Below, in pieces: positions 1 through 14,068 of a stretch of 64,000 nt of DNA (position 1 is its first letter; each line of letters opens with the position of its first letter). Below the pieces are notes generated by a model, which saw only the letters and a list, made by a program, of their open reading frames with translations, did no database searches and had not been told where the DNA came from. The position numbers and the translations under genes are program-made. This stretch comes from Octopus sinensis (taxonomy: Eukaryota): contig NW_021833799.1 of the NCBI RefSeq assembly GCF_006345805.1, forward strand, positions 1 through 64,000. Direction: 5' to 3'.

Positions 1-478
1 CCGGACGGAGAAAGCACCTCTCCTTCGATTGAGATGAAATCGTCGCAGATAGAGCTTTTCAGAGTGACCCCACAGCTGATGCTCTGGAGCAGGAGTGAAG
101 AACAGCTCTTTCGAGAGGTTACACTTTCCGCTTATGATGTGAGCAAGAATGAGATCACCACGGCGTCATCGTTTTTCTAGAGAATAAAGGTCGAGCGTCT
201 TCAGCCTTTCTTCATAAGACAAATGCTTGAGACCAAGAACCATGCGGGTAGCCAGCTTCTGGACTCTTTCAAGATGCTGAATGCCTTTGAGGAGATAAGG
301 AGAAGAGGCTTGAATACCGTACTCCAATATGGGTCTCACCAGCGTGACATAGAGCGGTAGGGGATATGGCTGCTGTGAGCATTCCGAATGACCGTTGAAT
401 CAAGAACAGAATTCTGCATGCTTTGTTGGCAGCATGGACGCACTGGGCCGAAGGCAAAAAGGAAGAATCCACCAAGAT
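1..478 (-). pseudogene. CR1/L2-group LINE ORF2 C-terminal fragment (frameshifted, runs off window start)
   Basis: Minus-strand translation across a frameshift gives ...[65 protein letters not shown]..., the typical post-RT region of CR1-like ORF2. Confidence 0.85.
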
Positions 479-1039
479 ACCCAGGTCCTTTACCTGGTCG
501 GTCCTCTCCAGTCCTCTCCAGTAACTTAGCGGTTCGGCAAAAAAGACTGATAGAATAAGTACTAGGCTTACAATGAATAAGACCTGGGGTCAATTTGCTT
601 GACTAAAGATGAAACAAATAAAAGAATAAAAGAATATATATGTATGTATTTATGTGTGTGTCTGTGTTTATACCCTCACTATCGCTTGACAACTGATGTT
701 GGTGTGTTTATGTCCTTGTGACTTAGCGGTTCAGCATAAGAGACTGATACAATAAGTATTACACTTACAAAGAATAAGTTCTGGAGCCAATTTATTCAAC
801 TACTATGAATATAATATAATATAAGTTAATATAAAAAAAGCATTAAAAAACAAAAAAAAACAACCATTTGTTACAAACCACATCGTGCTGGGTTCAGTCC
901 CACGTCGTGGCACCTTGGGCGAGTTTCTTCTACTATAGCCTCGGGCCGACCAAAGCCTTGTGAGTGGATTTAGTCGATGGAAACTGAAAGAAGCCCCTTG
1001 TATATATGTATATATAAATATATGTATATACGACTGTAG

Positions 1040-1207
1040 GCTCAGGAGTGGCTGTGTGGTAAGTAGCTTGCTTACCAACCACATGGTTCCTGGTTCAGTC
1101 CCACTGTGTGGCACCTTGGGCAAGTGTCTTCTACTATAGCCTCGGGCCGACCAAAGCCTTGTGAGTGGATTTGGTAGACGGAAACTGAAGGAAGCCCGTC
1201 GTATATA

Positions 1208-1250
<43 letters not shown>

Positions 1251-1480
1251 AGAGAGTGTGTGTGTGTGTGTATATGTTTGTGTGTCTGTGTTTGTTCCTC
1301 CAACATCGCTTGACAACTGATGCTGGTGTGTTTATGTCCCTGTCACTTAGTGGATTGGCAAAAGAGACCGAGAGAATAAGTACTAGGCTTACAAAGAATA
1401 AGTCCTGGGGTCGATTTGCTCGACTAAAGGCGGTGCTCCAGCATGGCCGCAGTCAAATGACTGAAACAAGTAAAAGAGTA
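1040..1480 (+). mobile_element. SINE family A (tRNA-like head, internal (TA/TG)n, LINE-like tail)
   Basis: A-box-like TGGCTGTGTGG, B-box-like GGTTCAGTCCC, tail GGCGGTGCTCCAGCATGGCCGCAGTCAAATGACTGAAACAAGTAAAAGAG. More than 15 copies or fragments in the window. Confidence 0.85.
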
Positions 1481-1554
1481 TATAAACAATTGAATTGACT
1501 TGTATAAGTCTCATCAGAGCTAAGGTTTAATGATACACTCATAGTATATTATGT

Positions 1555-1865
1555 TATCATCATCATCATCATCATTTAGCGTCCGTTTTCCATGCTAGCA
1601 TGGGTTGGATGGTTCAACTGGGGTCTTGGAAGCCAGAAGGCTGCACCAGGCTCCAGTCTGATCTGGCAGTGTTTCTACAGCTTGATGCCCTTCCTAATGC
1701 CAACCACTCCGTGAGTGTAGTGGGTGCTTTTTACGTGCCACCTGCACAGGTGCCAGACGAGGCTGGCGAACGGCCATGTTCGGATTGTGCTTTTTACGTG
1801 TCACCGGCATGGGGGCCAGGCAAGGCTGGCATCGGCCACGACCGGATGGTGCTTTTTACGTGCCA
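1555..1865 (-). mobile_element. Retroposon family E (3' (GAT)n tail, internal GC-rich subrepeats)
   Basis: (CAT)n followed by TTTAGCGTCCGTTTTCCATGCTAGCATGGG...GATGCCCTTCCTAATGCCAACC; 8 related copies in the window. Confidence 0.75.
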
Positions 1866-1874
1866 CATATATAG

Positions 1875-2212
1875 TAAAGTAAAGACCCCCTTCGGTCATG
1901 AATGACCATGGGATTGCACCTAGAAAGTTACCCTCCTAGACACAAGTCCGGGCAAGGTTGTTTATGGAAGACCAGCAGTCGCCCATGCATACCAGCCTCC
2001 CCTCTCCACGCCACCAGTGTTATCCAAGGGAAAGGCAAAGGGGCCGATACAGCTTGGCACCAGTGACGTCGCAACTCATTTCTACAGCTGAGTGAACTGG
2101 AGCAACGTGAAGTAAAGTGTCTTGCTCGAGAACACAACACGCAGCCCGGTCCAGGGTTCGAGCTCACAACCTCACGATCGTAAGCTCAACGCTCTAACCA
2201 CTGAGCCATGCG
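1875..2212 (-). mobile_element. SINE family F (tRNA-like head GGCGCATGGCTCAGTGGTTAGAGCG)
   Basis: tRNA-like A/B boxes at the right end on the minus strand; related copies at 31185-31570 (+) and 34005-34330 (-). Confidence 0.75.
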
Positions 2213-2700
2213 CCACATATATATATGTATATATATATATATATATATACATACATATATACACAAGGACCTCGAACCCACAAGAGTAAACAAGAGAGAC
2301 AGAGAAAGGCAGAGACAAGGAAAATGCCACTTATATTTGAACACTATACAAATATTCTTTTCAAAAAAACTTTTCTTATAATTTTAGTAAATTTAATTAT
2401 TTAATCGTTACAGTTGAAAAAGCCTCAATGACTGAAACCGGTACTGAAATGTTCTTTATAAAATTATTTTAGCATTTTCTATCATGACTTTTTTTTTCCA
2501 TATATACATATATATAGAGAGACAAACAGACATATATATATACATACATATGTAAATCAATATATACTTCAATAGAAGAGTTCTATATTTATACATTCAT
2601 GTACATATATGTGTGTGTTTATGTGTGTGTGTGTGTGTGTGCGTGTGTGTGCGTGTGTGTATATACATATATCTATACCTACATGTATTGTGTGTGTGTT

Positions 2701-2736
<36 letters not shown>

Positions 2737-2738
<2 letters not shown>

Positions 2739-3140
2739 GTGCAGGAGTGGCTGTGTGGTAAGTAGCTTGCTTACCAACCGCATGGTTCCAGGTTCAGTCC
2801 CACTGCGTGGCATCTTGGGCAAATGTCTTCTACTATAGCCTCAGGCCAACCAAAGCCTTGAGAGTGGATTTGGTTGACGGAAACTGAAAGAAGCCTGTCG
2901 TATATATGTATATATATATATATATATATGCGTGTCTGTGTTTGTCCTCCCAACATCGCTTGACAACCGATGCTGGTGTGTTTACGTCCCCGTCACTTAG
3001 TGGTTCGGCAAAAGAGACCGATAGAATAAGTAATGGGCTTACAAAGAATAAGTCCAGGGGTCGATTTGCTCGACAAAAAGGCGGTGCTCCAGCATGGCCA
3101 CAGTCAAATGACTGAAACAAGTAAAAGAGAGTAAAGAGAG
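2737..3140 (+). mobile_element. SINE family A copy
   Basis: Full head, microsatellite and tail match to family A. Confidence 0.85.
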
Positions 3141-3899
3141 AATATATATATATATAATATATATATATACATGCATACATACAGAGAGAGAGAGGGGGGA
3201 GACAGACAGACAGACAGACAGAGAAACAGACAGACAGGCAGACCGAAAGATTAAAAAAAAACACACAAACACACATAGAACATCAAACAGGATGTTGAAC
3301 ATGAGAAAATTCAACAAAGAAAAACAAACCAACACCCCCAAAAAAAACCCCAGAAAAAAATCCCCCCAGAACCCTTAAAGAACCTTCAGAAGAAGTTAAA
3401 GATGTAATAAGCGGCCCAGATGCGGAGCGGTGAGCACATCATCTTATATACATACATCTGGAAACAATATCCCAGACGGTCACATGACCATATCTCCGCT
3501 TCTCTATTGTGCCCCGGTCTCACACACACTTGTGTGTATGCGTGTGTGTGTGTGTGTATGTGTATATATTATAATATATATATATATATATATATTATTA
3601 TATATATATATATATATTATATATATATATATTTTATATTTATATGTATATATATGTATGTATAGTGTATCTGTATATATATATATAATATATATTATTT
3701 TATATGTATAATGTATGTATGTACATATATACACTTTGTCCTACATCAGTGAGGGTTATTATTTTAGCAGACATAGTGTAATTACAGTGTGTATGTAAGG
3801 GTATGTATATTTATTTGTGTATGCATGTGTATATGTATATATATGTATACTACATATATTCTATATACATACATATATAATATATATAATATACATACA

Positions 3900-3931
<32 letters not shown>

Positions 3932-4147
3932 CACACACACATATATATATATATAATATATATATTATATATGTATGTATATGTATGTGGTTTGTGTATC
4001 TATGCATATATATAGATATTTAAATACATATATATATATATATATAGCTAGGTAGATATACATACATATATATATATATGTGTGTATATATACATATATG
4101 TATATGTGTGTATCTGTATGATTTTATATATGTGAGGCATATATTAT

Positions 4148-4203
<56 letters not shown>

Positions 4204-4307
4204 CATGCATAATATAGGCATGCACACACAGAGTTATACACATATACTACTCAAATATATGTATGTAAGCAGATGCTTATTGTCTTAATGTAAATAGAAC
4301 ACATATG

Positions 4308-4356
<49 letters not shown>

Positions 4357-4507
4357 CATATACATACACATTCACACACACACATATATATCTATATGTA
4401 AGTACATATGCCTGTATGTAGGACACCTTTTAATTTTTGTTATAATGAACAGTAAGGGATAGAGTGAGAGGTAGGGGAGTGGATAAAGGGGAAAGAGAAG
4501 GCAGGGG

Positions 4508-5010
4508 GCTACCACCACCAGCACTACCACCACCACCACCATTACTACTACTACTACTACTACCACCACCACCACCACTACCACCACCACCACCACCACC
4601 ACCAACACTACTACTACTACTACTACCATCACCACCACCACCACCACCACTACCACCACCACCACCACCACCATCAACACCACCGCCATCAACCACCACC
4701 ACCACCACCACCACCACCGCCACCACCACCAACCTACTACTACTACTACTACCACCACCACCACCACCACCACCACTACCACCACCGCCACCACCACCAC
4801 CGCCACCACCACCACCACCACTACCACCACTACCACCACACCACCACCACACTACTACTACTACTACTACCACCACCACCACCACCACCACCACTACCAC
4901 CACCACCACCACTACCACCACCACCACTACCACCACCACCACCACCACCACCACCACCACCACTACCACCACCACCACCACCAACACTACTACTACTACT
5001 ACTACTACTA
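4508..5010. repeat. (CAC/CTA)n trinucleotide microsatellite
   Basis: Direct inspection. Confidence 0.95.
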
Positions 5011-5034
5011 GGAATACTCAGAGTAATGGTTTCA

Positions 5035-5240
5035 AATTTTGGCACACGGTCAGTAATTTCAGGGCGGGAGGGGAATAAGTTGATTACATCACTCCCAGCG
5101 CACAGCTGGTACTTATTTTTACTGAGCCCGAAAGGACGAAGGGCAAAAATCGACCTTGGTGGAATTTGAACTCAGAACGTGAAGATGGACAAAATGCCGC
5201 CAAGCACTTTGCTCAGCGTGCAAATAATTCTGCCAGCTGA
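5035..5240 (-). mobile_element. SINE family D copy
   Basis: Reverse complement of GTTCTGAGTTCAAATTCC..GAGGTCGA....AAGTACCAG; related copies at 6245-6385, 6495-6665, 12180-12325 (-) and 29115-29327, 42393-43348, 50868-51066 (+). Confidence 0.7.
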
Positions 5241-5266
5241 ACACCTTTAATAATAATAATAATAAT

Positions 5267-5267
<1 letters not shown>

Positions 5268-5317
<50 letters not shown>

Positions 5318-5336
5318 ATGTAGTAGTAGATGTAGT

Positions 5337-5375
<39 letters not shown>

Positions 5376-5377
5376 AT

Positions 5378-5412
<35 letters not shown>

Positions 5413-5597
5413 TGTAGTAGCAGTAGTAGTAGTAGATGTAGTAGTAGTAGTTGTTGTAGTAGTTGTAGTAGTAGTAGTAGGAGTAGTAGTTGTAGTAGTA
5501 GTAGTAGTAGTAGTAGTAGATGTAGTAGTAGTAGTGTAGTAGTAGTAGTAGTAGTAGTATAGTAGTGGTGATGGTAGTAGTAGTAGTAGTAGTAGTA

Positions 5598-5631
<34 letters not shown>

Positions 5632-6175
5632 TGTACCCTGATGCAGTACCAGGCAGTGGCTCTCATGGCTTCTGATCTTAACTGATTGGAAGTGTTATCA
5701 TGTACATTGTTTTGTCTTGGTATAAAAGATGGTTTTACAGCAAATATTCTGCTCAATACCACAGATTTGCTTGTCAGTTGTTTGACCTTAACCAGTTGAG
5801 CATTGTCCCTTGGTGGCTGATGATATGTGCATCTCTGATCACGAGCAGAAGTAGTGGGGGAGCATCATAGCCATGTGTTGAAAGGAATTCTTAGAGGTTT
5901 GGATAATTTACCTCTGGAAACATGGGTGTTTCATTCAACATCCTTAAACAACCCTTATTCAGGGACCTTTTGAGTGGGATGGGTTACTCGACCTGAAGAA
6001 AATTCTAACTGGGCCCCACCCGCAGGGTCATGTGCTGTTTATCTTGATATGAGATCACCATGTCGCGCACATATGGTTGTGATGCATGTGCCTGGTGTAC
6101 CCTTATCAGATGGGTAGTCATGATGGGTATACTGGGCTTCGTATATTTTACCCCAGTGTCACTTTGATGACATTA
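5268..6175 (-). mobile_element. Unclassified retroposon (about 5636-6175) whose 3' (TAC)n tail continues as the (TAG)n tract at 5268-5635
   Basis: Complex sequence ends, on the minus strand, in GCATCAGGGTACAACTACTACTAC, which is continuous with the microsatellite. Confidence 0.5.
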
Positions 6176-6212
6176 ACTGCTGTCTCACTCAATAATAGTA
6201 ATAATAATAATA

Positions 6213-6245
<33 letters not shown>

Positions 6246-6779
6246 TCAAATTTTTGCCACAAGGGCAACTTGGGAGAGGTAGGGATTTTTCGAGTACACC
6301 GACCCCAGTGTTCAACTGGTATCTAATTTATCAACCCCGAAAGGATGTAAAGCAAAGTTCACCTCGGCGGAATTTGAACTCAGAACATAGCTTCATATAT
6401 TTTACCCCAGGGTCACTTTGGTGGCATCCACTGCTCTCATACTCAATAATGATGATAATCTTTTCTACTAAAGGCAGAAGGCCTGAAATTTGATGGGGAC
6501 GGTACTAGTCAATTACATCAACCCCAGTATGCAACTGGTACTTAATTTATCGACCCTGAAAGGATGAAAGGCAAAGTTGACCTCGGTGGAATTTGAACTC
6601 AAAACGTACGGAGGGAAAAAATACTGCTAAGCATTTCGCCCGGTGTGTTACTGATTCTGCCAGCTCTCTTCCTTAGTAATAAAAATGCTAGAAGAAGTTA
6701 TGAGATGAAGAAGGAAAAGAAGAAGATGAAGGGGAGAGTGGAGAGGGTGGTGGGTGATGTGTCTAGCCATTCCCTACCA

Positions 6780-6836
6780 CCCACCACCACCACCATCATC
6801 ATCATCATCACCATCATCATCACCATCATCACCACC

Positions 6837-6888
<52 letters not shown>

Positions 6889-6958
6889 CCACCACCACCA
6901 CCACCACCATCATCCTCAACCCATCATCATCATCCCCCACCACCACCACCACCACCAC

Positions 6959-7006
<48 letters not shown>

Positions 7007-7043
7007 GATCATCATCATCACCACCACCACCACCACCACCACC

Positions 7044-7077
<34 letters not shown>

Positions 7078-7100
7078 TCACCATCATCACCACCACCACC

Positions 7101-7167
<67 letters not shown>

Positions 7168-7230
7168 CCATCATCACCACCACCACCAACACCACCACCA
7201 CCACCACCACCACCACCACCACCACCACCA

Positions 7231-7280
<50 letters not shown>

Positions 7281-7351
7281 CCACCACCACCACCACCACC
7301 ATCATCCTCATCCTCATCATCATCATCCCCCACCACCACCACCACCACCAC

Positions 7352-7407
<56 letters not shown>

Positions 7408-7517
7408 CCACCACCACCACCACCACACCACCACCACCACCACCACCACCACCATCATCCTCATCCTCATCATCATCATCCCCCACCACCACCACCACCA
7501 CCACAATCATCATCATC

Positions 7518-7549
<32 letters not shown>

Positions 7550-7604
7550 CATCATCATCACCACCACCACCACCACCACCACCACCACCACCACCACCAC
7601 CACC

Positions 7605-7681
<77 letters not shown>

Positions 7682-7833
7682 TCACCACCACCACCACCAC
7701 CACCACCACCACCACCACCACCATCATCATATCAATCATCATCATCATCATCACCATCACATCATCATCATCATCATCATCACCATCATCACCACCACCA
7801 CCAACACACCACCACCACCACCACCACCCCACC

Positions 7834-7864
<31 letters not shown>

Positions 7865-7909
7865 ATCATCATCATCATCCTCACCCCATCATCATCCCCC
7901 ACCACCACC

Positions 7910-7943
<34 letters not shown>

Positions 7944-7972
7944 TCACCCCATCATCATCCCCCACCACCACC

Positions 7973-8006
<34 letters not shown>

Positions 8007-8280
8007 TCATCTTCGTCATCATCGACATCTTCGTCATCATCATTGTCATCACCATCACAATTGCCATCATCATCACCATCGTCATCATCATCATCATCAT
8101 CATCAATATCATCACCATCATCTTTATAATCGTCGTGATCATCATCATCACCACCACCACTATCACCATCACCATGCTCCTCCTCCTTATCATCATCATC
8201 ACGATCATCGTCATCACCATCACCACCATCACCACCATCATCATCTTCATCATCATCACCACCACCACCATCATCTTCGA
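6780..8280. repeat. (CAT/CAC)n compound microsatellite, 1.5 kb
   Basis: Direct inspection; source of the spurious poly-I/T/H/S and poly-M/V ORFs. Confidence 0.95.
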
Positions 8281-9035
8281 TCATAAGTCTGTCTGAAGCA
8301 GGCCTGACCTGGGGCTAACAATAACAACAACAACAACAACACCTATAGCCACTAATACTAACTACTATACTGTACATTGGATAATATTGTCCAAGATACA
8401 CTATGCCTGAATAAAAGATGGGATGGTCACAGCTGGAACGTCTTTGATCATAAGTCTGTGTGGATCAGGGCTGACCTAGGGCTAAACAACAACTATAGCC
8501 ACTAATACTAACTACTATACTATACATTGGATAATGTAGTCCTAGATACACTATGCCTGAATAAAAGATGGGATGGTCACAGCTGGAACGTCTTTGATCA
8601 TAAGTCTGTCTGGATCAGGGCTGACCTGGGGCTAAACAGTAACTATAGCCACTAATACTAACTACTATACTATACATTGGATAATGTAGTCCTAGATACA
8701 CTATGCCTGAATAAAAGATGGGATGGTCACAGCTGGAACGTCTTTGATCATAAGTCTGTCTGGATCAGGGCTGACCTGGGGCTAAACAGTAACTATAGCC
8801 ACTAATACTAACTGCTATACTATACATTAGATAATGTAGTCCTAGATACACTATGCCTGAATAAAAGATGGGATGGTCACAGTTGGAATGTCTTTGATCA
8901 TAGGTCTGTCTGGAGCAGGACTGACCTAGGGCTAAACAATTACTACAGCCACTAATACTAACTCCTATACTATACATCAGATAATGTAGTCCTAGATACA
9001 CTATGCCTGATCAGGACTGACCTGGGGTTAAACAA
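8278..9035 (+). repeat. 150-bp tandem repeat, about 5 units
   Basis: TGATCATA(A/G)GTC recurs at 8445, 8595, 8745, 8895; same family as 19185-19910 in the opposite orientation. Confidence 0.9.
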
Positions 9036-9336
9036 CAATAAACCAGTAGTTACTTTTATTTCGAGGTTTTCCATTCTTGATTCTAGGGTTGGTCAGAGTT
9101 ATGTCCCTTGTTTCAGTTAATTTTATTTTTCCCTTTCTGGAATGGGATAAGGCTGGAAACCCCAGATTTCGCAAATTGGGCACCGAAAAGGGCACAGCTG
9201 CAGACCGCTAATGCAACTGGGTGTGCATGTGTATGTAAACTTACGTTTTGTATGCGTCTGACTGTGTGTGTATGCAAATTTTCACTCATTTTAGATATAC
9301 ACACACACACATATATCTTTTCTTTTCCCTCTTTTC

Positions 9337-9865
9337 CTTGTTTCAGCCATTTGACTGCGGCCATGCTGGAGCACCGCCTTTAGTCGAGCAAATCGACCCC
9401 GGGACTTATTCTTTATAAGCCCAGTACTTATTCTATCGGTCTCTTTTGCCGAACGGCTAAGTTTACTCTTTTACTCGTTTCAGTCATTTGACTGCGGCCA
9501 TGCTGGAGCACCGCCTTTAGTCGAGCAAATCTACCCCGGGACTTATTCTTTGTAAGCCCAGTACTTATTCTATCGGTCTCTTTTGCCAAACCGCTAAGTG
9601 ACGGGGACATAAACACACCAGCATCGGTTGTCAAGCAATGCTAGGGGGACAAACACACACACACAAACACATACATATATATATATACATATATATACAT
9701 ATATACAACAGGCTTCTTTCAGTTTCCGTTTACCAAATCCACTCACAAGGCTTTGGTCGGCCCAGGGCAATAGCAGAAGACACTTGCCCAAGGTGCCATG
9801 CAGTGGGACTGAACCTGGAACCATGTTGGTTAGCAAGCTACTTACCACACAGCCACTCCTGCACC
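9337..9865 (-). mobile_element. SINE family A copy with duplicated 3' tail
   Basis: Tail segment occurs twice (9337-9462 and 9465-9600), followed by the body and head. Confidence 0.85.
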
Positions 9866-9879
9866 TATGTATATATATA

Positions 9880-10007
9880 TATTTCAAAATAGAAAATTAC
9901 CCATTAACAGGTAATTTTACATGCTAGAGATAGCAGCCAACACGGTAGAAATAGCATTTCTAGCATGTAAAATTACTTGTTAAAGGGTAATTTTCTATTT
10001 TGAAATA
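9880..10007. mobile_element. Small foldback/MITE, about 48-bp inverted arms, TA at both ends
   Basis: TATTTCAAAATAGAAAATTACCC...CATGCTAGA mirrored by TCTAGCATG...GGGTAATTTTCTATTTTGAAATA. Confidence 0.65.
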
Positions 10008-10137
10008 CGAATATGTTGTCTATTGACTTTTTATACATGCTAGGCCACTGGTGGTGATATTTATAATGAGTATTTGCCACCCTATATATATATATGTGTG
10101 TGTGTGTATGTGTGTGTTTGTATACACACACCATACA

Positions 10138-10188
<51 letters not shown>

Positions 10189-10191
<3 letters not shown>

Positions 10192-10754
10192 CGTAGGTGT
10201 GGCGGTGTGGTAAGTAGTTTGCTTACCAACCACATGGTCCCGGGTTCAGTCCCACTGTGTGGCATCTTGGGCAAGTGTCTTCTGCTATAGCCCCGGGCCG
10301 ACCAATGCCTTGTGAGTGGATTTGGTAGATGGAAACTGAAAGAAGCCTGTCGTATTTATGTATGTGTGTGTGTGTGTCTGTGTCTGTCCCCCTAGCATTA
10401 CTTGACAACCGACGCTGGTATGCTTACATCCCTGTCACTTAGCGGTTCGGCAAAAGAGACCGATAGAATAAGTACTGGGCTTACAAAGAATAAGTCCCGG
10501 GGTCGAGTTGCTCGACTAAAGGCGGTGCTCCAGCATGGTCGCAGTCAAATGACTGAAACAAGTAAAAGAGAGTAAAAGAGATATATATATAGGCGTAGGT
10601 GTGGCTGTGTGGTAAGTAGTTTGCTTACCAACCACATGGTTCTGGGTTCAGTCCCACTGCATGGCACCTTGGGCAAGTGTCTTCTGCTATAGCCCCGGGC
10701 CAACCAAAGCCTTGTGAGTGGATTTGGTAGACGGAAACTGAAAGAAGCCTGTCG

Positions 10755-10789
<35 letters not shown>

Positions 10790-10990
10790 CTGTGTTTGTC
10801 CCCCTAGCATTGCTTGACAACCGATGCTGGTGTGTTTGCGTCCCCGTAACTTAGCGGTTCGGCAAAAGAGACCGATAGAATAAGTACTAGGCTTACAAAG
10901 AATAAGTCCTGGGGTCGATTTGCTCGACTAAAGGCTGTGCCCCAGCATGGCCACAGTCAAATGAATGAAACAAGTAAAAAGAGTAAAAAA
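10189..10990 (+). mobile_element. Two head-to-tail SINE family A copies
   Basis: Heads at about 10189 and 10592, each with a full tail. Confidence 0.85.
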
Positions 10991-11217
10991 TAAAAAAGTG
11001 TATATAGTCCCTTTTTAAAGTAGAAGAAATAGTTAAGATTTTTGGCTGCTATTTCTAAACTTCGGTATGTGGTAAAGCAAATCTTTGCTGAACCCTATTT
11101 ATTAAGTATTACTTAAGTTTACCGTGAAATGGTCCTTTTTTCATGCCGAATTCTACTTGGTGGAATTATTGATTACTTCTTAATTAATTAATTTTACCTT
11201 TTGTTATTATATATGGA

Positions 11218-11598
11218 AGCACTCCGTCGGTTACGACGACGAGGGTTCTGGTTGATACGATCAACGGAACAGCCTGCTCGTGTAATTAACGTGTAAGTGG
11301 CTGAGCACTCCACAGACACGTGCACCCTTAACGTAGTTCTCGGGGATATTCAGCGTGACACAGAGAGTGACAAGGCCGGCCCTTTGAAATACAGGTACAA
11401 CAGAAACAGGAAGTAAGAGTGGAGTGAGTGAAAGTTGATGCGAAAGAGTACAACAGGGGTCGCCACCACCCCCTGCCGGAGCCTCGTGGAGCTTTAGGTG
11501 TTTTCGCTCAGTAAACACTCACAACGCCTGGTCTGGGAATCGAAACCGCGATCCTCCAACCGCGAGTCCACTGCCCTAACCACTAGGCCATTGCACCT
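11218..11598 (-). mobile_element. SINE family C (tRNA-Arg-like head)
   Basis: Family head GGCGCAATGGCCCAGTGGTTAGGGCAGCGGACTCGCGG with B-box-like GTTTCGATTCCC; copies at 22956-23570, 32104-32488, 44405-44868, 53654-53972. Confidence 0.8.
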
Positions 11599-11803
11599 CC
11601 TTTATTATATATATATATGTGTGTGGTGTGTGTGTTTATTTTTCATAATTACTGGTATCTTTATATATTATACATGTAAAGAATATGTTATACATGTATG
11701 TATATTATTGTAATTATCAGTTTAGTAAATAAATAAATTAATTAACGTAATAGAATGTCTAAAAGTTGATGAACCACCTATTGATCCCCTCCATTTTCTT
11801 ATT

Positions 11804-11871
<68 letters not shown>

Positions 11872-12333
11872 CAATTAAGGATAACTTCTTAATAAGGAAT
11901 CTTAACAAGAAATTATCAGGTAGTTAGCGTGAAAAACCTCATAAGAGAAAAAAATTCGAAAATAATTTTTTTCCTTTTGAAAATATTAATTTATATTGTA
12001 TAGAGGGCATTATTACACATAAATGCCTCACACTAAGAGGGACATAAGTCATTACTACCAAAATTTCACTAATCATACCCAATGCAGTTTTCAAAGCAGG
12101 ACATTTAAAAAATGAATTTAGTTCTATATCACCTGTGATATATATATATTTCTATATCACCTGTGATATATATATATATTTCTTTACTGCCCACAAGACA
12201 AAGGGATTAAGTCGATTACATCGACCCCAGTGCGAAACTGGTACTTTATTTATCAACCCCGAAAGGATGAAAGGCAAAGTCAACCTCGGCGCAATTTGAA
12301 CTCAGAACGTAGCGGCAGACGAAATATGGCTAC

Positions 12334-12720
12334 GGAGTGGCTGTGTGGTATGTAGCTTGCTTACCAACCACATGGTTCCGGGTTCAGTCCCACTGCGTGG
12401 CACCTTGGGCAAGTGTCTTCTACTATAGCCTCGGACCGACCAAAGCCTTGTGAGTGGATTTGGTAGACGGAAACTGAAAGAAGCCCGTCGTATATATGTA
12501 TATATATGTGTGTGTGTTTGTGTGACCCCCACCACCAGCATCGCTTGACAACCGATGCTGGTGTGTTTGCGTCACCGTAACTTAGCGGTTCAACAAAAGA
12601 GACCGATAGAATAAGTACTAGGCTTATAAAGAATAAGTCCCGAGGTCGATTTGCTCGACTAAAGGTGGTGCTCCAGCATGGCCATGGTCAAAATGACTGA
12701 AACAAGTAAAAGAGTAAAAA
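12334..12720 (+). mobile_element. SINE family A copy
   Basis: Head, short microsatellite and tail. Confidence 0.85.
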
Positions 12721-12741
12721 GGGACTATATATATATATATA

Positions 12742-12960
12742 AAGTTAATCCAAACAAGAAACAAAAACAAAAAAACACACCAACGCGAGGACGTGGAACA
12801 ATTAAGTATTATTGGACGCTCAGGAAAGAAGGAAAGAAGGAGGGTTTAACGTTTCGAGCGGAGCTCTTCGTCGGAAACATAGGAGAAGGAAAGATCCAGA
12901 GAAGGGAAGACTGAGGGAAAAAAATCGCCAACGGTACACACGAGGTCTCATATTAAAGAC
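12742..12960 (-). mobile_element. Penelope-like terminal-repeat remnant with minimal hammerhead-like motif
   Basis: Minus strand GTTT-CCGACGA-A-GAGC-TCC-GCTC-GAAAC-GTT-AAAC; second copy at 25646-25830. Confidence 0.55.
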
Positions 12961-12961
12961 C

Positions 12962-12997
<36 letters not shown>

Positions 12998-13346
12998 AAT
13001 GAATACGCGCACATACATTTTGTGTGTATGAATGTGTGTATGTGTGGGTGTGTGAGTGTGTTTACATACCAACCTACATATGTAGATACATATATACAAT
13101 ATATATATATATATACACACATGCATACACACATACATACATACATACACATAGGCATGCACCCATGCATACATACATACAGACATACGTACATACATAT
13201 ATACAACACATACATACACACACACACACATACATACATACATACTACACAAACATATATACATACATACATTACATACATATAAATACATACACACATA
13301 CATACATACATACATACATACATACACACATACATACATACATACA

Positions 13347-13380
<34 letters not shown>

Positions 13381-14068
13381 CATATATACATACATACATA
13401 CATACATACAATGATACATACACATACATACGTACATACACACATACATTCATGCATACATACACACACACATACATACATACATACATATACATACATA
13501 CACACATACATACACACATACACACACATACATACACACACACATACATACATATATACAACATACACATACATACACACATACATACACACATACATAC
13601 ATACACACATACATACACACATACATACATACATACATACATACATACATACATACATACATACACACATACATATACACATACATATACACATACACAC
13701 ATACATACATACATACATACATTCATACACACATACACACATACATACATACACACACACATACATACATATATACAAACATACACATACATACACACAT
13801 ACATACACACACACATACATACAGACACACATACATACACACATACATACATACACACATACATACACACATACATACATACATACATACATACATGCAT
13901 ACATACACACATACATGCATACATACACACATACATATACACATACACACATACATACATACATACATACATTCATACACACATACATACATACATACAT
14001 ACACACATACATACATACACACATACACACACACACACATACATACATACACACACACATACATACAT
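12960..14068. repeat. (TACA/CACA)n microsatellite
   Basis: Direct inspection; forms the left flank of the CR1-like LINE. Confidence 0.95.

Noticed and set aside
4372-5762. Poly-Pro/Thr/Gly/Leu ORFs
   Set aside because: Trinucleotide microsatellites.
6137-6455. 65-bp direct repeat around a SINE D piece as a TSD
   Set aside because: Too long and too diverged for a TSD; more likely an old local duplication.
6645-8284. 494-aa and 317-aa ORFs; His-, Thr- and Asp-rich proteins
   Set aside because: Translations of (CAT/CAC)n microsatellite.
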